Notes: generated by a model from the sequence alone, not told the origin. 64,000 nucleotides of DNA from a bacterium (GCA_018653315.1 JABIAL010000016.1:3433-67432); one strand, 5' to 3'. Positions 8,510 to 18,399 are shown, counted from the stretch's first letter. Made by a program: numbers and translations.

Positions 8510-10087
8510 ATGCCTAAAAATATAAAAAATAAAACAACAAATACACCATTAGTTTTGGTTATTTTGGATGGTTGGGGTTTATGGAAAGAAACAGAAGGCA
8601 ATGCCATTGCTCAAGCCAAGACGCCGGTAATGGATGGCTTGTATAAGCAATATCCTCATACAAAAATAAATGCTTCAGAAAAAGAAGTTGGTTTATCTAA
8701 GAACCAGCCAGGAAATTCAGAAGCAGGACATATGAACATTGGTGCGGGAAGAGTAGTTGAACAAGATTCTATTAGTATTTCTAAGAGCATCAATAATGGT
8801 ACTTTTTTTAAGAATCCAGCTTTTTTGCAAGCAGCTACTCAGGTTACTAAAAATAAATCAGATATTCATCTAATTGGCTTACTATCTGATAAGTCTAGTC
8901 CACATGCTGATAATGATCATATTTTGTCCTTGTTAAGTTTTTTTGTAAATAAAACAGATCGTAATATTTATTTGCATTTGTTTACTGATGGTCGTGATAG
9001 TCCGCAATTTGCAGCTGCTCGTATTTTGGAAAAATATAAAATTATTTTTGATCGCAAACGAATAAAGATAGCTACTATTATGGGTCGTTTTTACGCCATG
9101 GATCGTAAAAAGACTTGGGATCGAACTGAGACTGCCTATAAGGCTATGGTTTTAGGTCAAGGCATAGAAGTGGAAAGTGCATCAGAAGCTGTTAATCAAG
9201 CCTATAATAGAGGAGAGAGCGATGAGTTTATTCAGCCAACTGTTATTGTTAAAAATAAAAAACCAATAGCCACTATAAAAGATAAAGACGCAGTAATATT
9301 CTTTAATTTGCGTTCAGATCGAGCACGACAATTAGCCAAGGTATTTGCTCAAACTAATTTTGAAAAGAAAAATAAAGGAGCTTTTAAACCCAAGAAAAAA
9401 TTTAAGAATTTATTATTTGTAGCTTTGACTGATTTTGGTCCTGATTTGGATAATATCTTAACTGCTTTCCCGGGTATTGATATACCAGAGACATTGCCAT
9501 TTACCTTGCGTGATTTACGTCAATTATATATTGCTGAAACAGAAAAATATGCCCATGTTACTTATTTTTTTAACGGTGGTTATGACCATGTGATAGCCGG
9601 TGAGGACAGAGTAGAAATTCCATCAAAGGATGTTGATTCTTATTCTACAGTGCCCGCTATGAGCACCAAGGAGGTTAATATACATGTTAGGAAAGTCATT
9701 AAGGAAGATAAATATGATTTTATTTGTGTAAATTTTGCTAGCCCAGATATGGTTGCTCATACAGGTGATTTGGTAGCTGGTATAAAAGCAGTGGAAGTAG
9801 TTGATACAGAATTAGGCAAGTTGGTAAATACTGTTTTGAAGAAAAATGGCACTATTATTGTTACGGCTGATCATGGCAATATTGAAGAGATGATAAATTT
9901 AGAAACTAAAGAAATCGATACTAAGCATTCTATTAATCCGGTGCCTTTGATTGTAATAAATCATATAAAATATAAATTAAGAAAAAATGGTAAATTAGCA
10001 GATATTGCACCTACCATTTTAGATATTTTAGACTTGCCAAAACCAAAATTGATGCAAGCAAAATCTTTAATAAAATCGAGAGTATGA
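8510..10087 (+). CDS. gpmI: 2,3-bisphosphoglycerate-independent phosphoglycerate mutase (copy 1)
   Basis: LVILDGWG, catalytic-serine motif PGNSEAGHMNIGAGR, FTDGRDSP and TADHGN. Confidence 0.9.
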   Translation: MPKNIKNKTTNTPLVLVILDGWGLWKETEGNAIAQAKTPVMDGLYKQYPHTKINASEKEVGLSKNQPGNSEAGHMNIGAGRVVEQDSISISKSINNGTFFKNPAFLQAATQVTKNKSDIHLIGLLSDKSSPHADNDHILSLLSFFVNKTDRNIYLHLFTDGRDSPQFAAARILEKYKIIFDRKRIKIATIMGRFYAMDRKKTWDRTETAYKAMVLGQGIEVESASEAVNQAYNRGESDEFIQPTVIVKNKKPIATIKDKDAVIFFNLRSDRARQLAKVFAQTNFEKKNKGAFKPKKKFKNLLFVALTDFGPDLDNILTAFPGIDIPETLPFTLRDLRQLYIAETEKYAHVTYFFNGGYDHVIAGEDRVEIPSKDVDSYSTVPAMSTKEVNIHVRKVIKEDKYDFICVNFASPDMVAHTGDLVAGIKAVEVVDTELGKLVNTVLKKNGTIIVTADHGNIEEMINLETKEIDTKHSINPVPLIVINHIKYKLRKNGKLADIAPTILDILDLPKPKLMQAKSLIKSRV

Positions 10088-11661
10088 ACAGACCACGTCC
10101 AGTTGTTTTAATAGTGTTAGATGGTTTTGGTTTGGCTCCACCGTCACGAGCCAATGCTATTTCTTTGGCTAAAACACCCAATTTTGATAAGTATATGAGT
10201 AATTATCCGGTCATGCCAGTATCTGCTGCTGGAGGAGCGGTTGGTTTAAATTGGGGTGAAATTGGTAATTCAGAAGTGGGTCATTTATCTTTGGGTTCTG
10301 GTACTATTTGTTACCAGAATTTGCCACGGATCACAAAGTCTATTTCCGAGGGTGATTTTTTTTCTAATGAAGCTTTTATTTCTGCTTGCAAACATGTTAA
10401 AGAAAAAGGGTCTAGTTTGCATTTGATGGGTCTGATGTCTTCAGGTGGTGTGCATAGTTTTAATGAGCATCTGTATGCTTTAGTAGAATTAGCTAAGAAA
10501 GAGAAAGTAGAGCGAGTTTATATTCATGCATTTTTGGATGGTCGTGATGTTCCTTATAGTAGCGGTCTAAATTTTATTGCTAAATTGCAGGAAAAATTAA
10601 AAATAATTGGCTTAGGTGCAATAGCTTCAATTAGTGGTCGTTTTTATGCTATGGATCGTGATAATAATTGGGATCGAATAGAGAAAGCATATCGGGCTAT
10701 TGTTGACGGCAAGAATGAAATAAAATATGAAGATCCAGTAGAGGCTATCAAAGCGTCTTATAATCAAGGTATCTATGATGAAGAATTTGTACCAACTGCT
10801 ATCGTTGACGACAGACAGCAGGCTAAAGGTAAGATTCAAGACGGTGATGGTATTATTTTTTTCAATTTTCGTTCAGATCGAGCACGACAATTAACCAAAG
10901 CCTTGGTTTTACCAGGGTTTGAAAAATTTAAATGTCAATATTTTCAAAACTTATTTATGGTTACTATGACAGAATATGAAAAAGATTTACCAGTAACCAT
11001 TGCTTTTCCGCCAATAGTAATAAAAACTCCATTAGCTAAGGTTATTGCTGATGCTGGTTTAAAGCAATTACATACAGCGGAGACAGAGAAATTCGCTCAT
11101 GTTACTTATTTCTTTAATGGTGGTAGTGACATAATTTTTGATAATGAAGACAGAGAATTAATACCATCTCCTCATGTGCCTTCTTATGATCAGAAACCAG
11201 CCATGTCGGCTAGAGAAATTACCAATAAATTAGTGCAGAAAATAAAAGAGGGGAATTATGATTTTATAGTAGTTAATTATGCCAATGCGGACATGGTCGG
11301 ACATACTGGTAATTTGAATGCTACAATTGAAGCAGTAGAGATTCTAGATAAATTAATAGGAGAATTAGTAGATACTATTTTATCTTATAATGGCGTGGCA
11401 TTAATCACAGCTGATCATGGCAATGCAGAAGTTATGTATGATTTACAAACAGGTGAAATCAGCAAAGAACATTCTAATAATCCGGTGCCGTTATTTGTTA
11501 TTGGACAGCAATTTGCTGGTAAGAGTGTCTTGCCTGGTTTGTCGGGTAGAGATCTAAGTCAAATAACGCCAGTAGGTGTATTGGCAGATATAGCGCCAAC
11601 TGTTTTGAAAATCATGGGATTGAAAAAACCAGCCAAAATGACTGGTAGTTCGTTAGTTTAA
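10084..11661 (+). CDS. gpmI: 2,3-bisphosphoglycerate-independent phosphoglycerate mutase (copy 2, tandem paralog)
   Basis: VLDGFG, IGNSEVGHLSLGSGT, FLDGRDVP and TADHGN. It overlaps copy 1 by 4 nt (ATGA) and is 525 aa, the same length as copy 1. Confidence 0.9.
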   Translation: MNRPRPVVLIVLDGFGLAPPSRANAISLAKTPNFDKYMSNYPVMPVSAAGGAVGLNWGEIGNSEVGHLSLGSGTICYQNLPRITKSISEGDFFSNEAFISACKHVKEKGSSLHLMGLMSSGGVHSFNEHLYALVELAKKEKVERVYIHAFLDGRDVPYSSGLNFIAKLQEKLKIIGLGAIASISGRFYAMDRDNNWDRIEKAYRAIVDGKNEIKYEDPVEAIKASYNQGIYDEEFVPTAIVDDRQQAKGKIQDGDGIIFFNFRSDRARQLTKALVLPGFEKFKCQYFQNLFMVTMTEYEKDLPVTIAFPPIVIKTPLAKVIADAGLKQLHTAETEKFAHVTYFFNGGSDIIFDNEDRELIPSPHVPSYDQKPAMSAREITNKLVQKIKEGNYDFIVVNYANADMVGHTGNLNATIEAVEILDKLIGELVDTILSYNGVALITADHGNAEVMYDLQTGEISKEHSNNPVPLFVIGQQFAGKSVLPGLSGRDLSQITPVGVLADIAPTVLKIMGLKKPAKMTGSSLV

Positions 11662-11675
11662 TAAATTTTTAAAGA

Positions 11676-12113
11676 CTAGGGCCAAATATTAATTAGCCAA
11701 TAGCTCAGTATAATACCTACGATAATACCCGCTATTACTTCGACGGTTTTATGGCCAAATTTTTCTCCTAAGACAGGAAATTTGTATTCTTGTTCATCTG
11801 GCAGTTCTTTGACTAAATTATTTATCACTTTACCTTGTTGGCCAATAGCCTGACGGAAACCAAATGCATCTCTAATGATGATTAGGGCTAGTATAAGAGT
11901 GATTGCAAATGTGGATGATTGTAAACCATCATAATAACCAGTGATCACTGCTAAAGAGGTTACCATAGCAGCATGAGAAGAAGGCATGCCACCGTAAGTA
12001 TTGATTCTGCTTAATCTTTTCCAAGTCCACCCATCTTTAGTGTGAGTAAAAATTTTTAACACTTGAACGATAAACATTACGGCTAGGGGAATTAAAAATA
12101 ACTGATAATTCAT
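11676..12113 (-). CDS. divergent PAP2-family (DUF212-like) membrane protein
   Basis: 145 aa with 4 TM segments and the GGMPSSHAAMVTSLA motif characteristic of the acid-phosphatase/vanadium-haloperoxidase-related divergent PAP2 family. Confidence 0.45.
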   Translation of the reverse strand: MNYQLFLIPLAVMFIVQVLKIFTHTKDGWTWKRLSRINTYGGMPSSHAAMVTSLAVITGYYDGLQSSTFAITLILALIIIRDAFGFRQAIGQQGKVINNLVKELPDEQEYKFPVLGEKFGHKTVEVIAGIIVGIILSYWLINIWP

Positions 12114-12175
12114 AAATTTATTTTAATTATATTCACATTCGTGTATAGTATATCAAAATTAATCAAAATTAGAAA

Positions 12176-12934
12176 ATGGATATTTGGCAAACAATGATTT
12201 TAGGGACAGTACAAGGAATCGCAGAATGGCTCCCTATTTCTTCTAGTGGGCATTTAGTTTTGTTTGAACATTGGCTTGGTATCAAAGAAGCAGTAATAGA
12301 ATTTGATATTTTTTTACATTTAGCTAGTTTTTTTGTAGTTATTATATTTTTTCGGAAGCAGTTACGACAGGTTATTCAAGATTTTTTTGCGCCTAAAAAG
12401 TTTTTTCACCGATCAAGGCGTCTTTGGGGTTGGTATATTATAATCAGCACGATTGTTACTGGTGTTCTAGGTTGGATGTTTTATCAGCAGATAGAGTTAT
12501 TTAGAACCCCTGAATCAGTAGCTGGTTGGCTAATGGTAACTACCTTGTTGTTGCTAGCTACTATTTTTAGGAAAGAGAAAGGACATTTTGGTTTTTCGCA
12601 CGCTATTATTTTAGGATTAATGCAAGGACTAGCGGTGTTACCAGGACTTTCTCGTAGCGGAGCAGTGATTGCAATGGCGCTTATTTTGGGTCTTAAGAAA
12701 AAAGATGCTTTTGATTATGCTTTTTTGTTAGCAATTCCTGCTATTGGCGGTTCATTTTTGCTATCTCTAAATAATTTTAGCTGGCAGTGGATTTATTTGT
12801 CAGGATTTATAGTAGCCTTTGCTGTTGGTTATGCTTCTTTGATTTTATTGAAAAAAATAATTGATAGTAATTATTTTCATTGGTTTTTTGTTTACACTTT
12901 GTTATTATCTTTATTAGTTTTTAGCTTATCTTAA
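12176..12934 (+). CDS. uppP: undecaprenyl-diphosphate phosphatase
   Basis: The N-terminal GIAEWLPISSSGHLVLF motif and the later GLSRSGAVIAMALILG motif are diagnostic of UppP/BacA. Confidence 0.85.
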   Translation: MDIWQTMILGTVQGIAEWLPISSSGHLVLFEHWLGIKEAVIEFDIFLHLASFFVVIIFFRKQLRQVIQDFFAPKKFFHRSRRLWGWYIIISTIVTGVLGWMFYQQIELFRTPESVAGWLMVTTLLLLATIFRKEKGHFGFSHAIILGLMQGLAVLPGLSRSGAVIAMALILGLKKKDAFDYAFLLAIPAIGGSFLLSLNNFSWQWIYLSGFIVAFAVGYASLILLKKIIDSNYFHWFFVYTLLLSLLVFSLS

Positions 12935-14025
12935 TGTTATATCCAATTATCTTAGCCGGAGGTAGTGGTCAAAGATTATGGCCATTATCCACCATTAATA
13001 ATCCAAAACAAGTTAACGCTTTATTAGGTGAGGAAAGTTTATTGCAGGCTACTTATCAACGTTTGTTGTCTGGTTTTAAAGTTGAAGATATTTTTGTTGT
13101 AACTACAGGCGATTTAGTGTCGATGCTTCAAAAGCAGGTAGATTTTGATGAGGTGCATATGATCGCAGAGCCAGCTCGACGAGATACAGCTATGGCTATT
13201 GGTTTAGCGGCGGTGCATTTGTTTCATCATGACACAGAAGCTATTATGGTTACTGTGAATAGTGATGCTTTTATTAAAGAAACAGAGGAGTATCTTAAAA
13301 TTTTGAAATCAGCCGGACAAATAGTTCAAAATAATCCGGATAAATTTTTGTTAGTAGGGATTAAGCCAGAATACCCAGAAACGGGCTATGGTTATATAGA
13401 AATGTTTAAAGATAAAATAGACACTATTGATGGTCGTGATGTTTATCAGGTGAAGACTTTTAAAGAAAAACCAGATCTAGCCACGGCTGAAAAATATGTA
13501 GCTCAGCCAAATTTTTTGTGGAATCCTGCTATGTTTGTTTTTAAAGTTAGTAGTTTATTTGAGTGGTATAAAAAGTTTTTACCGGATATCTATCAGGGCT
13601 TAATGGAAATAAAACTTGCCTTAGAGAGCGGAGATAATAAGCAATATCAAGATGTTTTAGCTGATGTTTATGATAAAGTTGAGCCAGTATCAATTGATTA
13701 TGGCTTATTAGAAAAAATGACCGATATGTTGGTAATGCCAGTTAATTTGACTTGGGCAGACATTGGTCATTGGCGGGCTTTGCGTGATGTACAATTATCT
13801 GCTACTGATTTAGCTAATGTTAGCAATAGTCAGCATATTGATCTTGATAGTAAAGATAACTTGTTATATTCTTCTAGTGGTAAGTTAATTGCTACTTTGG
13901 GAGTAAAAGATATGGTCCTGGTAGAGACTAAAGACGTAATCTTTTTATGCTCAGCCAAACGGGCGCAAGATATTAAACATTTATTAAAAAAGTTTTCAGA
14001 TAAAGATTTGAAGAAATATTTATGA
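12934..14025 (+). CDS. mannose-1-phosphate guanylyltransferase-like nucleotidyltransferase
   Basis: ILAGGSGQRLWPLS N-terminal nucleotide-binding motif and a 363-aa length (no PMI domain). Confidence 0.75.
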   Translation: MLYPIILAGGSGQRLWPLSTINNPKQVNALLGEESLLQATYQRLLSGFKVEDIFVVTTGDLVSMLQKQVDFDEVHMIAEPARRDTAMAIGLAAVHLFHHDTEAIMVTVNSDAFIKETEEYLKILKSAGQIVQNNPDKFLLVGIKPEYPETGYGYIEMFKDKIDTIDGRDVYQVKTFKEKPDLATAEKYVAQPNFLWNPAMFVFKVSSLFEWYKKFLPDIYQGLMEIKLALESGDNKQYQDVLADVYDKVEPVSIDYGLLEKMTDMLVMPVNLTWADIGHWRALRDVQLSATDLANVSNSQHIDLDSKDNLLYSSSGKLIATLGVKDMVLVETKDVIFLCSAKRAQDIKHLLKKFSDKDLKKYL

Positions 14026-15017
14026 TAAAGATAATCAAATTTATTATATTAATTGCCATTATTATAGCAGCTTGGTTTTTTTTGGTATTAAATAGAGGGA
14101 ATGATATAGAGCAAAAATCTTTTATTATAAAATCTGGACAAGGTGTTAATGAAATTAGTGGTAATTTAAAAGATGCTGATTTGATCAAGAATAAATTAGT
14201 TTTTGAAACTTGGCTTTGGCTTAATAAAGTAGAGGATGATGTTAAAGCTGGTATTTATGTAATGCCGGCAGATATTTCTATTCGTCGTTTAGCTAATCTG
14301 ATTTTAAATATACCAGCTAATCAGCAACAGACATTTACCATTATTGAGGGTTGGCATCGCCGTTGGCCACAATTAAAAGATTTATTAGTAGAACATAATT
14401 TTACCCATGATAATTTTTTGTCTTTGACTGACAGCAAGCAGGATTGGCAAGATGAGTATGATTTTTTAATTGATGCAACTAGTAACGCTACCTTAGAGGG
14501 TTATTTATATCCAGATACATATTTCATTGATGCTAATACTAGTTTGGAGAGTTTAATCCGTAAATCTTTGAATAATTTTGATAAGAAATTAACAGCAGAT
14601 TTACGAGCAGAAATTGCCCACCAAAACAAAAGTATTTTTGAAATTTTAACCCTAGCCTCTATCGTAGAAAGGGAAGTGTCAGGACTAGCTGATAAAAAAA
14701 TGGTAGCAGATATTTTTTGGAAAAGAATTAAGGCTGGAATCGGTTTGCAGTCAGATGCTACAGTTAATTTTGTGACCGGTAAGGGTTTGGCTCAGCCAAC
14801 TTTTGCTGATTTAGAGATTGATTCCCTATATAATACCTATAAGTACCGTGGATTGCCACCAGGGCCTATTTCTAGCCCTAGCATTGAAACTATTGAAGCA
14901 GTGATCTATCCAACAGCCAATGAATATTATTATTTTTTAACTACTCCGGAAGGGGAGGCAATTTATAGTAAAACTTATGATGAGCATTTGCAAAATAAAT
15001 ATAAATATTTAGATTAA
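14022..15017 (+). CDS. mltG: endolytic murein transglycosylase MltG (YceG-like)
   Basis: N-terminal TM segment and the YceG-like motifs (...ASIVEREV..., YNTYKYRGLPPGPISSPS). Confidence 0.8.
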   Translation: MIKIIKFIILIAIIIAAWFFLVLNRGNDIEQKSFIIKSGQGVNEISGNLKDADLIKNKLVFETWLWLNKVEDDVKAGIYVMPADISIRRLANLILNIPANQQQTFTIIEGWHRRWPQLKDLLVEHNFTHDNFLSLTDSKQDWQDEYDFLIDATSNATLEGYLYPDTYFIDANTSLESLIRKSLNNFDKKLTADLRAEIAHQNKSIFEILTLASIVEREVSGLADKKMVADIFWKRIKAGIGLQSDATVNFVTGKGLAQPTFADLEIDSLYNTYKYRGLPPGPISSPSIETIEAVIYPTANEYYYFLTTPEGEAIYSKTYDEHLQNKYKYLD

Positions 15018-15035
15018 GAGTTTGTCAAGATATAT

Positions 15036-15064
15036 TTGACATATTTAGATAATTACTATATAAT
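15036..15064 (+). promoter_or_regulatory. consensus sigma70 promoter (TTGACA-17-TATAAT) for rplJ-rplL
   Basis: ttgaca at 15036-15041, an exact 17-nt spacer, and tataat at 15059-15064. Confidence 0.6.
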
Positions 15065-15207
15065 ATTGATACAAATTAAATAAATTTACCAAAGATAGTG
15101 GGTTTTTTAGCTAATATTAGCTAGAATATAAATCCTGCCGAGGTGAGAATATTAGTCATTTTTCATTGTCTGCGGTAAATTCGCAGATTTTTTTAATAAA
15201 AAAATAT
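15065..15207 (+). promoter_or_regulatory. rplJ leader with a perfect 16-nt palindrome (tagctaatattagcta, 15110-15125) and an attenuator-like hairpin plus T-run (tctgcg-gtaaat-tcgcaga, 15169-15195)
   Basis: Structured 143-nt leader between the promoter and the rplJ start. L10(L12)4 autoregulatory leaders are established for rplJL operons. The structure itself is read from the sequence. Confidence 0.35.
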
Positions 15208-15735
15208 ATGCCAAAAACTAAAGAACAAAAGAAAGAAGCATTAAAAAGCATTCAAGATAAGTTGAATGACAGTAAATCAGTGGTTTTTTCCTCAGACAAT
15301 GGTTTGGGTGTGAAAACAGCTGAAGATTTACGAAAAGAATTAAAAAAGGTCGGAGGAGAATACTTAGTAGTCAAAAAGACTTTGTTAAAAAAAGTATTAG
15401 CTGAAATGGAAGGCTCAGATCAAATCAATGATTTGTCTGGCTCAGTAGCTTTATCTTTTTCTTATGACGATGAGGTTGCGGCTGCTAGTGTTTTAAATAA
15501 ATTTTCTAAAGGAAACGAAACCTTAAGTATTGGTGGAGGAATTTTGGAAAATAAATTGATTTTACCGGAAATGGTAAAACGATTGGCTACTTTACCATCT
15601 AAAGAAGAATTATTATCCAAAGTTGTTGGCAGCTTGCAAGCTCCAATTTCTGGTATGGTAAATGTATTACATGGTAATTTACGTAATTTAGTTGGCGTTC
15701 TAAGCGCTATTAAAGATAATAAACCTACAGAATAA
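15208..15735 (+). CDS. rplJ: 50S ribosomal protein L10
   Basis: MPKTKEQKKEALKSIQDKL... aligns with L10 from its start. The TTG at 15166 lies inside the leader hairpin. The start has no SD and an A-rich upstream region. Confidence 0.8.
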   Translation: MPKTKEQKKEALKSIQDKLNDSKSVVFSSDNGLGVKTAEDLRKELKKVGGEYLVVKKTLLKKVLAEMEGSDQINDLSGSVALSFSYDDEVAAASVLNKFSKGNETLSIGGGILENKLILPEMVKRLATLPSKEELLSKVVGSLQAPISGMVNVLHGNLRNLVGVLSAIKDNKPTE

Positions 15736-15764
15736 TTTTAATTTATTAATAAATCAATAATATT

Positions 15765-16172
15765 ATGTCAGAAGAAGTAAAAAAAGAAGTAGAGGTACCT
15801 GCAAAATTTAAAGGTATTATCGAAGAAATCGAAAAAATGTCAGTGCTTGATTTATCTGAATTGGTAACAATTTTAGAAGATAAATTTGGTGTTTCAGCCG
15901 CTGCTCCAGTTGCTGTTGCTGCCGCTGGTGCTCCAGCTGGCGAAGAAGCTGCTGAAGAAAAATCAGCATTTAATGTTGAATTAACCGCCGCTGGTGACAA
16001 AAAAATCAGTGTTATCAAAGCAGTTAGAGAAATTACTCAACTAGGCTTAAAAGAAGCTAAAGATATGGTTGATGGTGCTCCAGTAGTTATCAAAGAAGGT
16101 GTTAAAAAAGAAGAAGCTGAAGAAATGAAAGCTAAAATCACCGAAGCTGGTGGTACTGTAACTTTGAAATAA
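15765..16172 (+). CDS. rplL: 50S ribosomal protein L7/L12
   Basis: Ala-rich hinge ([13 protein letters not shown]) and C-terminal domain ([22 protein letters not shown]...EAGG.V.LK). Confidence 0.95.
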   Translation: MSEEVKKEVEVPAKFKGIIEEIEKMSVLDLSELVTILEDKFGVSAAAPVAVAAAGAPAGEEAAEEKSAFNVELTAAGDKKISVIKAVREITQLGLKEAKDMVDGAPVVIKEGVKKEEAEEMKAKITEAGGTVTLK

Positions 16173-16191
16173 GAATTTTCAAAAATAAAAA

Positions 16192-16220
16192 ACAAGCTCG
16201 TAAATGAGCTTGTTTTTTTG
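16192..16220. terminator. bidirectional intrinsic terminator between rplL and the convergent 16229..18340 gene
   Basis: acaagctc-gtaaat-gagcttgt followed by ttttttt, with an A-run on the other side. Confidence 0.75.
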
Positions 16221-16228
16221 TACTTTAA

Positions 16229-18340
16229 TTATTCATTAATAGCTAATAGATATAGATGATTACCATTGAGTAAATAAATAGCTTTTTCTTCTTGGTCTAT
16301 TGCTAGATCAACTAGATTATCAAATTTAAGTGAAGTGTATTGATCTTTGATGTTGCCTTCTTTGTCCAAAATAGCTACTCGTTGGTTATCTGGATCAATA
16401 ATATATAGATAATCAGAATCTGTGAATGTTTTGAGAATTGCTTTGGAGCCTAATTTTGGATGTGGTTGATGATAATTAAAAATATCCCGAGAGCCTTTGC
16501 GAAGTTTTAGTATTTGTCCGCTGTTAAACATGACGTACATATCGCCATCTAAAGTAAAACTATTAGCATCACTTAGATCAATATCATCTTGCAGCCAGTT
16601 AACGCCATTACTGAATGATTGACCACGTTCCGGGTATTTGAATATTTGGCTAGCTATAGTGTCTAACACGTATAGATTGTTGCTATAAATAGACATGTCT
16701 TGCACGCTAGTATTGCCGACACTTTGAGTAAAGCTAAATGAGTCTATTTGCTGATCATCTAAGTTAAAAATAACATATTCTTGATCGCCACTTATAATAA
16801 GTTGATTTTTATTTGGCCAATCAGCTAGTGTTTTTCCATTAGGATAACTAGTTAAAACACGTGGTGATTGTTCCTCGAGAATATATAAATTTTCTTGATC
16901 TAAAATATAAAATTGTCCGTCTTTTTGGACGATTTGTTTTGATTGATTAAGTTCACTAAGATCAAATAATTCCAAAGGAGAATCGACATAATTAATATGA
17001 CGAACTTTATTAAGCATGCGGACAGCTTGTTCTTTGGCGGTGTTTAGTTCTTCTTCTTGACTTGGTGAGCTAGACTCTAAGCTGTCTAGCATATCTTGAA
17101 TGTTTAGTAATAATTCTTCTGCTCTTTTTTCATCATCATAAATCAAACTAGCTTCTACTTCATTAAGACTATTATTGATTGCCTGAATTGATTTGTCATA
17201 GGCATCTTCTTGTTTGTTGATGGCTTGTTTTTGGGTTAAAAATACTAAACTTTGTAAAAATATCAATAACACAGCAATTACACTAATTAGTAACACTTTT
17301 TTTTGCCAGCTTAAATTACTAAACCAATTGACACGTTTGTTAATTGATTTTTGACTTGTTTGTAAGATGTTGCTTTCTCTGTCTTGTCGATATTGGCTAG
17401 AAAAGATAAATAGCCAAGCATTTTTGATATAGTGTCCAGTAGTAGTAAATATTTTAGCTACAAAATTAAAATATATTTTAGCAAATTGCCATATTTGAAC
17501 GAATATTTGAAAGATTTTGATATTTTTTAGACCATCTTTATCAAAAACAAGTTTAGTACGGGTTGATTTGCGATGTTTTGTTTTATGATCTTTTGTTTGA
17601 ATTGTACTCTGTGCTTCAATAATACCATCATTATCGTTATCATCGTCAGATTGTACGCTGATTTGTGTTTGTTCATTTGGTATATCTAAATCATGTCCAC
17701 TAGGGCGTTTGATTACTAATGAATTGAAAGTAACAAAATCAGGAACGGTGTCTAGTAGTTGTTTAAATTGGACAACTGCCGCTTGAGGGGTGTATTTTTT
17801 GATGATTCTTTTAATTTTTTCTTCGGAAATGTAATCAAATAAAGCGTTAGTAGATATAATTAAAGCATCTCCAGTGTCTAATTGACCAGAAACTATATCT
17901 GTAAAAATTTTGCTAGGATCAAAATCTGTATTTGCCTCTAGAATTTGAGTGGTCTGGTTACTGTGGATTAATAAACCGCCGACATTTCCAATGCTGGCTA
18001 AATAAACACTGTCTTGATGTATGATGCCAACAACAATATCTAGTGTTTGTAGCCAATTTTTAATTTTATGGGTATTTAATTCTGGTAAAATTTGGTTAAG
18101 TTCTTGTAAAATTTCTTCTAATAATAATTCTGGATCATCTTGAGGACTAGAAATAAAATGATGCGTTAAAGCCTCAATGATTTGGTCGATCATTGGTTGT
18201 TGATTGATTTTATTTTTAGGAGTTTCCAAGATTAAAAATAGTTGTCCACGCTCACTAGCATCACTAAAATAAACCTCGGATAATTCACGAGCATTTATGT
18301 GGTCATGTACAAAAAGTTTGTTATATTCTAAGTGAGACAT
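16229..18340 (-). CDS. membrane signalling protein: N-terminal degenerate PP2C-like domain, one TM helix, coiled-coil, C-terminal beta-propeller-like repeats
   Basis: 703 aa. The N-terminal domain has HQDSVYLASIGNVGG and GDALIISTNALFDYISEEKIKRI, which resemble PPM motifs (GDSRaYL..., GD.lllcSDGL...). TM segment VLLISVIAVLLIFLQSLVFL. The C-terminal half carries repeated YILD/YVLD/YIID/YLL blade-like units. Confidence 0.55.
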   Translation of the reverse strand: MSHLEYNKLFVHDHINARELSEVYFSDASERGQLFLILETPKNKINQQPMIDQIIEALTHHFISSPQDDPELLLEEILQELNQILPELNTHKIKNWLQTLDIVVGIIHQDSVYLASIGNVGGLLIHSNQTTQILEANTDFDPSKIFTDIVSGQLDTGDALIISTNALFDYISEEKIKRIIKKYTPQAAVVQFKQLLDTVPDFVTFNSLVIKRPSGHDLDIPNEQTQISVQSDDDNDNDGIIEAQSTIQTKDHKTKHRKSTRTKLVFDKDGLKNIKIFQIFVQIWQFAKIYFNFVAKIFTTTGHYIKNAWLFIFSSQYRQDRESNILQTSQKSINKRVNWFSNLSWQKKVLLISVIAVLLIFLQSLVFLTQKQAINKQEDAYDKSIQAINNSLNEVEASLIYDDEKRAEELLLNIQDMLDSLESSSPSQEEELNTAKEQAVRMLNKVRHINYVDSPLELFDLSELNQSKQIVQKDGQFYILDQENLYILEEQSPRVLTSYPNGKTLADWPNKNQLIISGDQEYVIFNLDDQQIDSFSFTQSVGNTSVQDMSIYSNNLYVLDTIASQIFKYPERGQSFSNGVNWLQDDIDLSDANSFTLDGDMYVMFNSGQILKLRKGSRDIFNYHQPHPKLGSKAILKTFTDSDYLYIIDPDNQRVAILDKEGNIKDQYTSLKFDNLVDLAIDQEEKAIYLLNGNHLYLLAINE

Positions 18341-18399
18341 TTTACATTTCTTTCAAATAATATTATACTATATTTAGTCTATTTAGTAAATAAATCAAT

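Noticed and set aside
15166-15207. TTG start for rplJ at 15166 (ORF-track start)
   Set aside because: That start lies inside the leader hairpin and U-run. The L10 alignment begins at the ATG at 15208.
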